Source: Candidatus Methanophagaceae archaeon
GTDB lineage: Archaea; Halobacteriota; Syntropharchaeia; Alkanophagales; Methanospirareceae
Direction: 5' to 3'
NCBI GenBank assembly: GCA_003194425.1
Contig: PQXB01000001.1
Span: forward strand, 263,522-327,521
DNA: 64,000 nt
Part shown: positions 47,095 through 59,076 of the stretch, one piece after another
Numbering within the stretch: the stretch's first letter is position 1
Layout of the letters: each line of letters starts with the position of its first letter
Made by a program: the position numbers and the translations under genes
The notes under the pieces: model-generated
What the model saw: only the letters and a program-made list of their open reading frames with translations
Databases searched by the model: none
Told to the model about the DNA's origin: nothing

Positions 47095-50000
47095 TCACTC
47101 CCTCTTCCTCATCGCTACTGCAAGCACAGCGCTCAAAACTCCGACCAAATAAAGCAGTCCTACAGCACTGAACTCCGGCACTGGCACTGGTGGCGGCGCT
47201 GCTGGTGGCGCACCCGGACCACCAGGGTCAACGATTTTTCCGTCTCCAACAGTCTTGTCCCCTCTCTTACCTTCAACAACTTTCCGTCGTACATAAATTT
47301 GTACCAGTGGTCCGTTGGGTTGCTTAGTGTGGGTCCGTATTTCCAGTATTCCGAGCCTGCAGGCAGGTCACCAGGCAGTTCGATCGTGACCTTCACTGTT
47401 TCTCCTACTGCAAGCCCGGCTATGTTGAATTTGAAGAACCCGTGCTTGAAGACGAGGTTCGGCTTTCCTGCTTTCTCTGTTGGCTCTGCAACCGCCACAA
47501 GATCCTCAAACCCTCCTGCGCTGGTCTTAAACTTTGCAGTTCCCGTGCCTGTGTTTGTGTCTACCGAAGCCTCTGTTGGTGGTAGTGGTTTTGTTGTTCC
47601 TCCAAAGCCAAGCAGTGTTCCTGTGTACTCGCTCTCTTGCAAATTCGCCCAGACGTAGTTCTCGGCGGTGTTAACGCCAGTGTTGCTGCACCTGTGCCAC
47701 GCTCCGTCTGTGTTGTTGTAGTAGTAAAATCCCATCGTGCTCTCGTCCTTTCCCGCTACCTCTGCGTCCGTGTAGTGCATCTCAACGTAAATCGGCCAGC
47801 TCACGTTCTCTTTGTCGCTGACTGCGACGTCAACGAATTTCTCAAGCATCTCTGCAGGCTTCTCTGCTTCCGGGTGCGGGTTCTCCTCGTAGTACGCCAC
47901 GGTCGCCGTAACTTCTCCTGTTGTCGTAATTTCTACGGTTGTGCCCGATTCTGACGGACCCTCTACTGTCTCGGTCTCTCCTGCTGGAATCGTCTCGTTC
48001 TCGGTTGAGGTCGTTTTTGTGATTGTGAAGACCGCGTCGCTCGTGTCCTCACCCGTGTTTCCTTCAACGTCCCGTGCCTCCACTTTTACGAGACTCTTGT
48101 TTGAGGTTGCAGCAGGGTTCGGCACTGTCCACGAATATTTTCCGTCGTTCGGCTCGTTCGTCGCGATTTCTGTCCAAGTGCCTGGGTTTCCGTTGTTCGT
48201 TGAGTACGAGATGTTTATCGGGTTCGCTGCCAAGTTGTGCGTTCCTTTCGCCACGCTCCATTTTATGTCGTAGACCGAGTCGCCGGGAATCTCCTCGCCT
48301 CCGTCTGGCTGCGTTACTGTCGGTGCTGGCGGCACTTCTGGAACTGTTCCAAGCGGAGCGAAGACGCAGAACTCGGTGATGTTTGCGTAAACGTAGTTTT
48401 CAGCCGTGTTCACGCCGTTTACTCCCGAGCCGTCCGCCAGCTCCCAGTCCGCGGTGGTTTCGTTGTACTTGTAAATTCTGAGTGTCGCTTCGTCAACGCC
48501 GCCCAAGTCGCCCTCCTCGTAACTCACGTTCAAGAAAATCCACGAGTCCCCGGTCACGTTCGTTGCGTTCACGAACTTACTGATGTTTGCCTTTCCTGCA
48601 GGGTCTGGCGGTGCAGTTCCCGTTTCCACGCCTTTCACCCCCACTCCGTTCTCGTAGTTGAACGAGACGGTTGTCGAGTAGCTGCGAAGGGCGAGGTTTT
48701 TTACGGTGTTGTTCTGCGAGCGGTTGCCTGAGTAGAAGCTGTAGTTGGTGTTGTTTGCGGCGGTGTTGTCAGTCAGCGTGTTGTTGGAATTCCCTACCTC
48801 TTCCCAGTCAGGGAACATGCAAATCAGTGCGAATCCTTTGTCGGTGTTGTTGCAGGCTCGGTTCTCCGAGAGCGTGTTGTAGTCGCAGGCGTCGTTGAGC
48901 AGAATTCCGACCTTGTTCGCTTCTGCGGTGTTGTTTGTTACGGCGTTGTGCGAGGCGTTGTGGTCAAGGAAAATCCCGACGCCCTCGCCCGTGTTTTCAC
49001 GCACGCAGTTGTCTTTTATCGTGTTGTGCGTGCAGTTCATTCCCAGGTAAATTCCGTTGTCGGCGTTGGAGCAGACGGTGTTGTTGTTTAGGTCGTTGTA
49101 GTGGCACTCGTCCCAGACTAAAAGTGCTGCCCACAAGCCAGTGTTTTGGCTAATGTTGTTGTAGCTGAGCGTGTTGTTGCTTGAAGAGAAGAGTTCGATT
49201 CCGTGCGCGTTGTTCTTGTTTGCGGTGTTGTTTGTGAGGTTGTTGTCGACCGAAGATTCAAGGTAAATTCCGCAGTTGGTGTTGTTCGAGGCGTTGTTGT
49301 TCGCGACGGTGCAGTTGTCCTCGAAGATTAAAGCGATTCCGTCGCCGAAGTTGTCGGTTGCGGTGTTGTCCGAGATTGTGTTGAAGCTCTCGCCACAACC
49401 CATAACTTGTATTCCTCCGTCCCAATTTTCTGTTGCGGTGTTTTCTGTAATTTTGTTGTTGCTCGAGTCAGACACTTGGACGCCCTGTTCTGAATTACCT
49501 TTTGCCTCGTTCCCGCTTACCTCGTTGTTGTCTGAGCCCAGCAAATTAACGCCAGAAGCCGGCTGCGGCATTATCGCAGACGTAACACCAGCCCAACTAC
49601 CAGCCCAACTACCAGCCCAAAGACCACCAACCCTTTCAACAACATCTCCGTTGTCGTTGCAAATATTGTCGGTGACGCTGTTCTCGAACGAGCCGAACAG
49701 ACTAATGCCAGACCCCCAGTTGCTCGAGGCGTTGTTGTTCGCGACGGTGCAGTTGTCCTCGTTTATCAAAGTTATTCCATCGCCGAAGTTGTTGGTTGCG
49801 TTGTTGTTGGAGATGTTGTTGTGGCTCGAAAGTAGCACCTCTTCAACCTCAACGCAAATTCCTGACCCTCCGCTGCCTGGATACATTCCTGTCTCTGACG
49901 CGGTGTTTTCTACGATCTCGTTGTGGCTCGAGGACTGCACATAAATTCCGTAACCGCACTCTATGGCGTTCCTCAGCACTGTGTTTCCTGTAACTTGGTT

Positions 50001-50921
50001 GTAGTCTGAAGAGTTTTGCAGCCAAATGCCGTGGTAGTAATTTCCAGTTACAATGTTGTCCGCGATTTTGTTGTAGGTTGAGGGGTCGAGGTGAATTCCC
50101 GGTCCGTTGCTCGATGCGTTGTTTCCTGTAATCCTGTTGTTGTGTGAGTCCTCCAGGAAAATGCCTCCAGAGTCCCAGCCCCAGTTCTCAATTGCGTCGT
50201 TGCCCGAGATTTCGTTGTCGTTGGAATTCTGAAGGTGGATTCCGCTCTCGCCGTTGTTGTTCGCGGTGTTGCCTGTGATCGTGTTATTGTTTGAAGACTC
50301 CAGGCAGATGCCGCAGTAGTTTCCGGTCAGGGTGTTGCCGAGAATTGTGTTGTTGTTGGTGTTGGCGAGGAAAATGCCGTCGAAGTTCGTTGAGATGTTG
50401 TTGTAGGAGAAGTTGCAGTGACTACCCGCTCCCTCGTGGGAAATCCCTGCTGCGTCGTCAGTCGCTCCTGTAATTGAGAGTCCCGTGAGGTTCACGAAGT
50501 TTGCGGTTACGTTGAAGACGTGGCTTGTTTCTACCGCTGCGTTAACAATGCAGTTCGCAGTGCCGTTCTCGGACCGAATTGTTAGTCGCTGCTTGTTTAC
50601 GACCACGTTCTCGTTGTAGGAGCCGTCCTTGACGCAGACGGTCTCGCCTTCGGCTGCGTTGTCCTCCGCGGCTTGAATTGGCGTGCCGCTGCCGTTAAAC
50701 ACGCTGCTGTGTCGCCACCAGCCTGTCTCGTTCACGCAAATGTCCCCGCAGGTACAGGGCAATGCACTCGCTACTCCCGCGGTTGCAAAAAGGGCAAGGG
50801 TAAAAAACAAACCCGCCAGCCCCGCCGCGGTTAAAACTCTCGTTCCTGCTCTGTTTTGAGTTGTGCTTTTTGATTTTGTTTTATTTTCGGTTTTTGATTT
50901 TGCTTTCTCTTTTGTGTTCAT
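47095..50921 (-). CDS. Cell-surface protein with parallel beta-helix repeats and C-terminal PEF-CTERM-like sorting signal (reached only through an apparent frameshift)
   Basis: Signal peptide after AGGAGGTGA leader; many NNTITGN-type beta-helix repeats; main ORF stops at 47160 but an adjacent frame encodes ...PVPVPEFSAVGLLYLVGVLSAVLAVAMRKRE ending 47095. Confidence 0.7.
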
Positions 50922-51256
50922 TTTTTATTTCACCTCCTAATTTTTTACTTCGCGGGGAACCGTCTCTTCGCGGGGAACCGTCTTCTTGAGTTTAACTTGT
51001 GTTTGGTTTGACTTGTTGCTTTCTTTTTCTTCTCCCCCTCTTCGCTTCGCCTGCGCGATTTTTTCTCTCCTGCTAACTCACTTGACTTCTCACTTGTTCC
51101 CTTTTACCCTATTTTTATTACTTCCATAAATACCTTCTTACCAAATCAAACACGAGTATAAAAAAGTTTCTAAATTTTCGCCCTCGCCGCTGCCTGCCCT
51201 CGCGAAAACACTGCACTCGTGGTGTGTCTCGGTTACTTTTACGCCGCGCGCTCTTC

Positions 51257-52066
51257 CTACAAAAAGTTCTCTCTTATTTCACCCGCTTTCTCAATCCCGA
51301 GCTCGACCATTTCAAGCACCTCGTCCTCCTTCAGCCCACCGCTCCCGCTCTTCTGCATTCCTGACAGGCTGCCGTCCGCGTTTGAAATTACCGTTAACTT
51401 TGTCGTGGCTGCGTTCTCCTCGTTAACATTCGGGTCTACCAAAATCTTCCCCTCGATTTTCGCTGTCGTTACCGCTACTGGCGTCTCCCGAATCGGCAGT
51501 CTGCTGCTCTCTCGCCCTTCCTCTTCTTCCCCTTCTCCTGCAGGAGCGGGCAAGCCCCACTTCTCGAAGGGTATTCTGGCGTTCAGAAGGGCAGAAATCG
51601 CACCCAACGCAGCCGCGTCCACCAAGTTCCCGCCGTTGTCCAAAATATGAATGTCGATAAAAACAATCCAGACCTTCTCGCCTTCTTCAATGCAGAGTCT
51701 CTCCAAGTCAATCGCTTCCGAGCCACGAATCCCGCGGTCCACTACCCTCGCCAACTGCACGCTGTCTTCCCTCGGCGGTCCCGACTCAAACTCGGGCGAC
51801 GCCAGCGGAACAAGCTCCGCGTTCGTTATTATTACACCCTTGTTTGGCGTGTCTGGAAACGGCGCACCAACATCGAGCTTCACGCCAACTAAAACATCAG
51901 AATCCCCGATTTTCACCCTCGCCGACCCCTCTGCTCTCTCCGCTACTCCTCGCTCCACGCTTATTTCCCGAAACTCGCGAAATCCCCTGCCGTCTTCTCT
52001 CTTCCCGCTTGCTACTAAATTAGCCACATAATTCTGCTTTATTTCATCCATAATCTCAAGTCCCAT
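51257..52066 (-). CDS. rrp42: Exosome complex component Rrp42
   Basis: RNase PH-like fold; last gene of the rrp4-rrp41-rrp42 order; start taken at internal ATG overlapping rrp41 by 11 nt. Confidence 0.75.
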   Translation of the reverse strand: MGLEIMDEIKQNYVANLVASGKREDGRGFREFREISVERGVAERAEGSARVKIGDSDVLVGVKLDVGAPFPDTPNKGVIITNAELVPLASPEFESGPPREDSVQLARVVDRGIRGSEAIDLERLCIEEGEKVWIVFIDIHILDNGGNLVDAAALGAISALLNARIPFEKWGLPAPAGEGEEEEGRESSRLPIRETPVAVTTAKIEGKILVDPNVNEENAATTKLTVISNADGSLSGMQKSGSGGLKEDEVLEMVELGIEKAGEIRENFL

Positions 52067-52850
52067 TTTTATTCCCCCCTTTTTCGCTTTTACTACCGCT
52101 GTTGCTGCTGCTGAATCGCTCAATTAACGCTGCTCGCTGCAACTCGTAAATCTGACGGCACGCGCCCATCGCGAGTTTCAGCCCACGCCCAAACTCCTCG
52201 GCAGTCAGGTGACCGTCCATTTGGAGCAGTGTAATCGTGTTCGTCCTCGCGACCATCGCGATCGGCATATCCGCCTCGCCGTGGTTGTCTTCTGTCCCAT
52301 TCAAATCCAAGACCACCTGCCCGTCTATTTTGCCAACCGCGACCGAAGAGACCAAATCTTTCATCGGAATCCCCGCGTCCGCGAGTGCGACCGACGCTGC
52401 GTTTATCCCCGCTGTCCTCGTCCCCGCGTCGGACTGCAGAATCTCGACATAAACTTCTATCGCAGCCTTCGGGTAGAACTCCCGCATAATTACAGGCTCA
52501 AACGCCTCTCTGCTCACTTTTGAGACCTCTACGCTCCTCCGGTCCGGTCCAGGTCGTTTCCTGTCGTCCACCGAGAACGGTGCCATATTGTAGCGGAACT
52601 TTACCACCGCCATCTTCGCGTCTTGAGCGTGCCTCGGGTGCATTTCCTTCGGACCGTAGACCGCAGCAATCACCTTGTTCTCGCCCAACTCAAAGTAGCA
52701 CGACCCGTCCGCCCGTTTTAAGACGCCAACTTCAATTTTTATCGGTCTGAGCTCTTCAAAACCCCGACCGTCCAACCTCTTCCCGTCTTTTATGAGTTCT
52801 CTTTTTTCTACCGCTTCCTCTTCCTTTTCTCTTTCTTCGTTCATTTTCAC
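52056..52850 (-). CDS. rrp41: Exosome complex exonuclease Rrp41
   Basis: [43 protein letters not shown]. Confidence 0.8.
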   Translation of the reverse strand: MKMNEEREKEEEAVEKRELIKDGKRLDGRGFEELRPIKIEVGVLKRADGSCYFELGENKVIAAVYGPKEMHPRHAQDAKMAVVKFRYNMAPFSVDDRKRPGPDRRSVEVSKVSREAFEPVIMREFYPKAAIEVYVEILQSDAGTRTAGINAASVALADAGIPMKDLVSSVAVGKIDGQVVLDLNGTEDNHGEADMPIAMVARTNTITLLQMDGHLTAEEFGRGLKLAMGACRQIYELQRAALIERFSSSNSGSKSEKGGNKNGT

Positions 52851-52860
52851 TTCTCTAATT

Positions 52861-53739
52861 TCATTTATTCCCTCTAAAAGGCTCTAAAAAATCCGCTATT
52901 CTGTCGGTTAAACCCGCGGTGTGTGCCTCGCTCACGATTTTTGAAATCACCTCTGACACGAGGTTCATATTTTCTTCACTCCCTTTTATCCAAATGCGTC
53001 CGTTCTCCGCGATGAAAATAGAGCAGTTGCACTTCTCCTTCAGCATCCTAACCATCGAACCGCTCCTGCCGATGACGCGTGGCACTTTAGTGTGTGAAAT
53101 TTCCAACAACCTCCCGCCACCGCTGCCACCTCCACTCCCGCGTCCAATCTTGAAATCCTCTTCTAACGCCAAATCCACCCGCATTAGCGCATCTACTTTC
53201 GCTACCTTCGCCACGATTAAATCGTCTAAATCTAAATATTTCTTCATATCGCCAAATTCGATCCGCTCCTCCCTCGCCCCTCGCCCTCTCGCTGCACTTT
53301 CTCTCGTCCCGCTCCCTCTCGCTGCACTTTCTCTCGTCCCGCTCCCTCTCGCTGCACTTTCTCTCGTCCCGCTCCCTCTCGCTGCACTCACTCTCATCCC
53401 GCTCCCTCTTGCCCCTCCTTCTCTTCTGCCCCTTCCTCTAGCGTTAGAACCAGCACCTCTCCCAGCACCTGCAAATTCAGAGCTGTGCAGCCGAGCCTCG
53501 TAAGGAGAGGCAATGTCAACAATCCAATACGGAAAAGAAATCTCAACCACTTTTCCTATTACAACATCCCCCTGCGTCGGCACGTACTTCCCTGAAAGTG
53601 CCATCACTTTTATCTCGCCTTTCTCGTTCAGCACGCCGTACCGCGACGCGTAGACCTTACCGTCCTCAACGTAAGTCCCCTCGCCTGCACGACCCGTCTC
53701 TTCGGAGAGCAAATCCCCAGGAACTGCGATTTTGTACAT
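52861..53739 (-). CDS. rrp4: Exosome complex RNA-binding protein Rrp4 (S1 + KH)
   Basis: N-terminal [12 protein letters not shown]1 and KH regions; start at internal ATG 53739; contains 4 x 10-aa repeat. Confidence 0.75.
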   Translation of the reverse strand: MYKIAVPGDLLSEETGRAGEGTYVEDGKVYASRYGVLNEKGEIKVMALSGKYVPTQGDVVIGKVVEISFPYWIVDIASPYEARLHSSEFAGAGRGAGSNARGRGRREGGARGSGMRVSAARGSGTRESAARGSGTRESAARGSGTRESAARGRGAREERIEFGDMKKYLDLDDLIVAKVAKVDALMRVDLALEEDFKIGRGSGGGSGGGRLLEISHTKVPRVIGRSGSMVRMLKEKCNCSIFIAENGRIWIKGSEENMNLVSEVISKIVSEAHTAGLTDRIADFLEPFRGNK

Positions 53740-53825
53740 TTGTGAATAAAAATTAATCGCACAGCAATAAATAAGCCTTTCGTAATTCCGCTCCACCTTT
53801 TCGTTTGCAGAAAATTCATCCAACC

Positions 53826-56222
53826 TCATCCAACCAATTCTTCGTACTCACTGCACAGCACCTCCTTCAAACGCTCTGCCGTCTTTTTTCCCACACGCTC
53901 AACCTCCCTCAGCTCCTCCTCCGACGCCGTTACCAGCCGTTCGACCGTCTTGAACCGCCTCAGCAAGTTCCTCGCGGTCACGACGCCGACATTTGACAAC
54001 GCGGAGACGAGGAACTCCTGCTGCTCTTTCAACGACGCCGAGGGCTTCTTTCCGTGCGGGTTCACCTCTGTCTTCGTTCCGTTCGCGTTCGGCTGCTGCT
54101 CTCGCTTTGCGATTAGGTAAATTAGCGACGCCGTGTCTAGTTCGTCGCGGGTCTGCAGCACGGGAACCGAGAAGTCAAGAGCGATCGCAGCCAGCACGCC
54201 CCGCACCGCGTTTGGGTGCACACGCCGCTGCCCCTCCTGTCCCTGCCCGTAAACCGACCCCCTACCCTCGAGAACGAGCAGTGGTTTCTCGTACTCGCTT
54301 CGCAGCCGCCGAACCTGCTCCAGCAAGTTCCTGCGACCGTTCACGAGCGAGTCCAGAAAATCTGCAGTGGTCTTACGCTCGATGCAGACCTTCTCTGAGA
54401 CGACGTAGTCGCCGACGCCCAAATTCTGCAGTTCTAACACCGCACCCGCCTTCTCCAAGAACCTCGGCACGCCCGACTTCGTCTCTCGTGAGTCTACGAC
54501 GACGGTTACTTTTTGCTCCGCTGCCTCGTCGTCATTTTTTAAGTCAGTAATTTTGCGTTGCTGCTCGCTCCTTTCTTCCCTCGCCTCTTCAACCGTCGGC
54601 GTCGCCCCGTTTCTCATTTCGTTAATCCGCTTCCGCATTTCACGCTCCTTGTTCCTACTGACCCAGTAGTAAGCCTCGTCCCTCGTCCCTTTTGCAATTA
54701 GCACGACCACCCGCCCTATTTTTTTGCGAGCGGTTCTTCCTTTCCGCTGAATGCTTCTTATCGCGGACGGAATCGGCTCGTAAAACAGAACGAGGTCGGT
54801 CGCGGGAATGTCAAGCCCTTCCTCCGCCACTGAGGTAGCGACCAAAACATTGAAGACGCCGTCTTTGAACTTCTTTATTATTTCTACCTGCTCCCGCTGC
54901 TTCAGTCCCTTGTCCTCTGGCTTTGACGCCTGCCCAATGAATTTGACCGCTCTTATTCCTTCTTTTTCTGAACCCTGCTCCTGCAAACTCCGCCCCTGCA
55001 AACTCCGCCCCTGCAAAGCAGAGAAAACCATCTCCGCAGTGTCGCGGTAGTTGGTAAAGACGATTATTCTCGTCTCGGGGTTAGCACGAACCTCGTTCCG
55101 CAGAATGTCGAGGAGGACGCCGAGTTTTGGGTGCTCACCCTCGTAAGAGGCAGCCGCGAACACAGCCTCCACGAACTTGTGGTCCTTTAGCAGCCGCTTT
55201 GCAGCCTTGCTGCCCTGCTTCGAGACTGCCTCTGCTCGGAGCCGGTCAAAATACCGCCGCAGTGCGAAGATGCCCTGCGTCTCCACCAACTCAACCGCGT
55301 GCTTTATTTTTAGCACCTCCGCCTGCAGCGAGAGGGCTTGGTAGAGGCTCGGCTGCCTCTGTCTCGCCAGTTGCGTCTCTATTTTCCCCCGTAACTCCAG
55401 GAGTTCGGTCTTTGAAATCTCTCTCCCCACCCGCCCGCTCTTCTTCCGCAGCAGGAAGCCGAGTTTCTGAAGTCTGCGAACCCGCTCCTCCAAGACCTCC
55501 TCTAACACCCGCTTCTGCCTCTGCATCTCCGCAGGGACCTCAACGCTCCGCCACTCCAACTCCTTTCTGAAGATGTAAGGGGCGACGTCGCGGTCGTGTT
55601 CAGTCCTGCTCTCCACCCTCGAGATGCCGAGTGCGGTGCAGATTTCCAGAATCTTCTTCTTGTCGCTGCCCGGAGAAGCGGTCATTCCCAAGACTAACGG
55701 CTCTCTCCCCTGCTCCGCCGTCTGCTCTGCGTACTTCTCCGCGATGTAAACGTACGAGTAGTTCCCGACCGCCCGGTGGCACTCGTCAAAAATCAGGAGT
55801 GCAACTCCGCCGAGGTCAATTCTGCCGCTCAAAAGGTCGTTCTCAATTATCTGCGGCGTTGAGACGACTACGCTCGCGGACCGCCACTGCTCCTCTCGTT
55901 TTGCCGGTGCTATCGTGCCCGTGAAGGTCTGAATTAGCGAACCGTCAAGTCTCAGCACCGCCTTTAAGAACGCGGAATGCTGCTCGACCAGTGGTCTCGT
56001 GGGAGCGAGAAAAAGAATTTTTCCGTTCGCCTGCCGTTCCAGCCGTTCAACCAGAACCAAAAGAGCAACGGTCGTCTTACCCAAGCCCGTCGGCAGAACG
56101 AGCATCAAAGATTCCTTCTTCGCGGCTTCCGCGATCGCGGTTTGGTACTCCCTCCGCTCTACTACCCCCTCTTTCAAGAGCGGGTGCGAGACGAACTGCG
56201 GGGCGAACTTTGGTGCGTTCAT
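53826..56222 (-). CDS. hef: Hef helicase-nuclease (SF2 helicase + ERCC4 nuclease)
   Basis: Walker A LPTGLGKT, DECH, helicase C motifs; C-terminal ERCC4 (VVVDSRE...GDYVV...ERKTTADF). Confidence 0.85.
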   Translation of the reverse strand: MNAPKFAPQFVSHPLLKEGVVERREYQTAIAEAAKKESLMLVLPTGLGKTTVALLVLVERLERQANGKILFLAPTRPLVEQHSAFLKAVLRLDGSLIQTFTGTIAPAKREEQWRSASVVVSTPQIIENDLLSGRIDLGGVALLIFDECHRAVGNYSYVYIAEKYAEQTAEQGREPLVLGMTASPGSDKKKILEICTALGISRVESRTEHDRDVAPYIFRKELEWRSVEVPAEMQRQKRVLEEVLEERVRRLQKLGFLLRKKSGRVGREISKTELLELRGKIETQLARQRQPSLYQALSLQAEVLKIKHAVELVETQGIFALRRYFDRLRAEAVSKQGSKAAKRLLKDHKFVEAVFAAASYEGEHPKLGVLLDILRNEVRANPETRIIVFTNYRDTAEMVFSALQGRSLQGRSLQEQGSEKEGIRAVKFIGQASKPEDKGLKQREQVEIIKKFKDGVFNVLVATSVAEEGLDIPATDLVLFYEPIPSAIRSIQRKGRTARKKIGRVVVLIAKGTRDEAYYWVSRNKEREMRKRINEMRNGATPTVEEAREERSEQQRKITDLKNDDEAAEQKVTVVVDSRETKSGVPRFLEKAGAVLELQNLGVGDYVVSEKVCIERKTTADFLDSLVNGRRNLLEQVRRLRSEYEKPLLVLEGRGSVYGQGQEGQRRVHPNAVRGVLAAIALDFSVPVLQTRDELDTASLIYLIAKREQQPNANGTKTEVNPHGKKPSASLKEQQEFLVSALSNVGVVTARNLLRRFKTVERLVTASEEELREVERVGKKTAERLKEVLCSEYEELVG

Positions 56223-56306
56223 CGGTGAAAATAGAAAAGATTTTATAGTTATTTTGCATAAAAAGAGAAAACAGAAAGAAACGGCGTGAGAGCGAGATGA
56301 GAAGAG

Positions 56307-57563
56307 ATGAAAATGAAAGACAAAGGGAACATTCTGGATTTGGAGGCTGAAGTGATTTACAACGGGCTGTGCTGCTACTGCGGGACTTGCGGTGCGTTCT
56401 GCAAGGAGTACATTTCATTCGAGCAGGAGCGACCCGTGACGAGGAAGAAGTGTTACGAGATTCACGGTGCGTGCTACGATTTCTGCCCCCGGACTTTCTT
56501 CGCTCCTTTTGAGGTAGAGCGGGCGGTCTTCGGCGCCGTGCGGCGCGACAACCTGCTGGGCTACTACGCAACCGAAGAAGACATTTTTACGGCACGAGCG
56601 ACTGACGAAACGGTGAGAGCGCGGGGGCAGGACGGCGGCGTTGTCTCGGCGCTGCTCGGCTTCCTGCTTGAGCGCGGGGAGTTGGACGCGGCGGTCGTTT
56701 CGAAGAAGTCTGAAGAAGGAGAGGGAGAAGGAGAGGGAGAAGGAACTGGTGAAGGAACTGGTGAAGGAACTGGTGAAGGAACTGGTGAAGGAGCGGGGGT
56801 GTGGGAAGCCGAGCCGTTCGTTGCGACGACCAAAGAGGAGGTGCTGGCAGGAGCGGGCTCGAAGTACACGCAGTGCCCTTCGGTCTTGGGCGTTGGCGAC
56901 GCTCTCGAACGGGGGTACAAGAAGGTCGCACTCGTTGGGCTGCCGTGCCACATTCAAGGAATGCGGAAGGTTCAACTCTCGCGGGGGTTTGATGTCGGGG
57001 CGGAGCGGGTGAAGTTGTGCGTCGGGCTCTTCTGCACCGAGACTTTAGAAATGCCGCGGCTCAAGGCGAAGTTGGCGGAGTTGGGCACGAGAATAGAAGA
57101 GGTCGAAAAGTTCAACATAAAAAAAGGCAAATTCATCGTGCAGACGCAGGAGGGGAAAGAGTTAAAGACGCCGATAAAAAAGCTGCGGGACTGCGTGCGC
57201 GAGGCGTGCGACTACTGCTACGATTTTGCCGCGGAGTTCGCTGACCTCTCGGTCGGTTCAATCGGCTCCGAACTCGGCTGGTCTACTGTGATTGTGAGAA
57301 GCGAGCCGGGGCGGGAAGCGGTGAAGCAGGCGGAAGAAGCGGGCATTTTGGAAACCGCAAGGCTCTCCGAGGAGCAGTTAGAGGCAGTGCGGGGCTTGGC
57401 GTCGTTCAAGAAGCAGGGGAACTTGAAGAGCATTTACGAGAAGGCGGAGCGGGTTAGAATAATGAATCTTGAGGTGGAGCCGGAGAGGTTGGGGAAGTTT
57501 TTTGGTGTAGGTGGAGAGAAAAAAGAGAAGAAAGAAAAGAGGGGTGAAAGAAAATGGCGGTAG
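56307..57563 (+). CDS. Coenzyme F420 hydrogenase/dehydrogenase beta-subunit-family protein
   Basis: N-terminal Cys cluster [11 protein letters not shown] and FrhB-like body; (EG/TGEG)n insert. Confidence 0.65.
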   Translation: MKMKDKGNILDLEAEVIYNGLCCYCGTCGAFCKEYISFEQERPVTRKKCYEIHGACYDFCPRTFFAPFEVERAVFGAVRRDNLLGYYATEEDIFTARATDETVRARGQDGGVVSALLGFLLERGELDAAVVSKKSEEGEGEGEGEGTGEGTGEGTGEGTGEGAGVWEAEPFVATTKEEVLAGAGSKYTQCPSVLGVGDALERGYKKVALVGLPCHIQGMRKVQLSRGFDVGAERVKLCVGLFCTETLEMPRLKAKLAELGTRIEEVEKFNIKKGKFIVQTQEGKELKTPIKKLRDCVREACDYCYDFAAEFADLSVGSIGSELGWSTVIVRSEPGREAVKQAEEAGILETARLSEEQLEAVRGLASFKKQGNLKSIYEKAERVRIMNLEVEPERLGKFFGVGGEKKEKKEKRGERKWR

Positions 57564-58954
57564 ATGTTTCGGCACGAGAATACAGGACGATAAGAGAAGC
57601 AGCGGGTCCGTTAATCGTTGTAGGCGATGTAGAAGGCGTTTCGTACGGCGAGGTAGTGAAGATTGTGACGCCCGATGGGGAAGAGAAGACGGGGCAGGTC
57701 TTGGAAGCGAGCAAAGGGCTGGCGGTAGTTCAGGTCTTTGAGGGCACCAGCGGAATTGACACTGCGAGGACGAGGGTGCGGTTTACGGGCGAAACAATGC
57801 GAATTAGCGTCTCGCAGGAAATGGTTGGGCGGTTCTTTGACGGGCTGGGCAGGCCGATTGACGGCGGACCTGAGGTAATTCCAGAAGACCGGCTCTCAGT
57901 CATCGGCGCTGCAATAAACCCGACTGCACGCGACTACCCCCGCGAGTTCATTCAGACCGGCATCTCCACGATTGACGGAATGAACACGCTCGTTCGTGGT
58001 CAGAAGCTGCCGATATTTTCAGGGGCAGGAATGCCGCACAACGCCCTCGCTGCTCAAATCGCAAGGCAGGCGAAGGTGCTGACTACAAGCGAGCCGTTCT
58101 CGGTCGTCTTTGGCGCGATGGGAATAACGCACGAGGAGGCGTCGTTTTTTATGCGTGACTTCGAGCGGACGGGTGCGATCGAGCGGATTGTGGCGTTTGT
58201 CAACCTCGCGGACGACCCTGCGATTGAGCGTGTGATAACGCCGCGAATGGCACTGACGACCGCGGAGTTCCTTGCTTACGAGTACGATATGCACATTCTC
58301 GTTATTCTCACTGATATGACGAACTACTGTGAATCGTTACGGGAGATCTCGGCGGCACGAGAGGAGGTGCCGGGCAGGAGGGGCTACCCCGGCTATATGT
58401 ACACGGACTTGTCGATGAACTACGAGCGGGCGGGTCGGATAAAAGGACGCAAAGGCACGATTACGCAAATTCCAATTTTGAGTATGCCCGACGACGACAT
58501 CACGCACCCAATTCCTGACCTCACAGGCTACATCACTGAGGGGCAGTTCGTCCTCTCCCGCGACCTGCACAGGCGTGGGATTTTTCCCCCTGTTGATGTT
58601 TTGCCGTCGCTCTCGCGGTTGATGGACGAGGGAATCGGACCGGGCAGGACGCGGGAAGACCACGCCGGCGTCTCGAACCAACTTTATTCCGGCTACGCGG
58701 AGGGACGAGATATGCGGGACTTGGTCGCGGTCGTCGGAGAGGAGGCACTGACGAGCAGAGACCGGAGCTACTTGGAGTTCGCAGACGAGTTCGAGAAGCG
58801 GTTCGTTACGCAGGGCAGGAACGAAGAGAGGAGCATTGAGGAGACGCTGGGGCTTGGCTGGGATTTGCTGGCGACGCTGCCCGAGGGCGAGCTGAAGCGG
58901 ATTGACGAGGAGATAATAAAAAAGTACCACCCGAAATATAGGGTAGGGGTTTAA
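57554..58954 (+). CDS. atpB: A/V-type ATP synthase subunit B
   Basis: Strong similarity to the non-catalytic B subunit; start overlaps the frhB-like gene by 10 nt. Confidence 0.85.
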   Translation: MAVDVSAREYRTIREAAGPLIVVGDVEGVSYGEVVKIVTPDGEEKTGQVLEASKGLAVVQVFEGTSGIDTARTRVRFTGETMRISVSQEMVGRFFDGLGRPIDGGPEVIPEDRLSVIGAAINPTARDYPREFIQTGISTIDGMNTLVRGQKLPIFSGAGMPHNALAAQIARQAKVLTTSEPFSVVFGAMGITHEEASFFMRDFERTGAIERIVAFVNLADDPAIERVITPRMALTTAEFLAYEYDMHILVILTDMTNYCESLREISAAREEVPGRRGYPGYMYTDLSMNYERAGRIKGRKGTITQIPILSMPDDDITHPIPDLTGYITEGQFVLSRDLHRRGIFPPVDVLPSLSRLMDEGIGPGRTREDHAGVSNQLYSGYAEGRDMRDLVAVVGEEALTSRDRSYLEFADEFEKRFVTQGRNEERSIEETLGLGWDLLATLPEGELKRIDEEIIKKYHPKYRVGV

Positions 58955-59076
58955 AGCCAGTGGGGGTTTAAAGCCAAAACCCCATAAATTCTTTAAATAC
59001 ACGCCTTTTATCACACAAATATCAACATCCAAACTCGCACCCGCGTACCCCTTAACAAACCACGCAGTCTCGTCTT

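Noticed and set aside
47299-50473. Plus-strand ORFs (e.g. 48237..48731, 49276..49944) inside the beta-helix gene
   Set aside because: Shadow ORFs antisense to a strongly supported 1253-aa gene; Cys/Arg-rich, no start context
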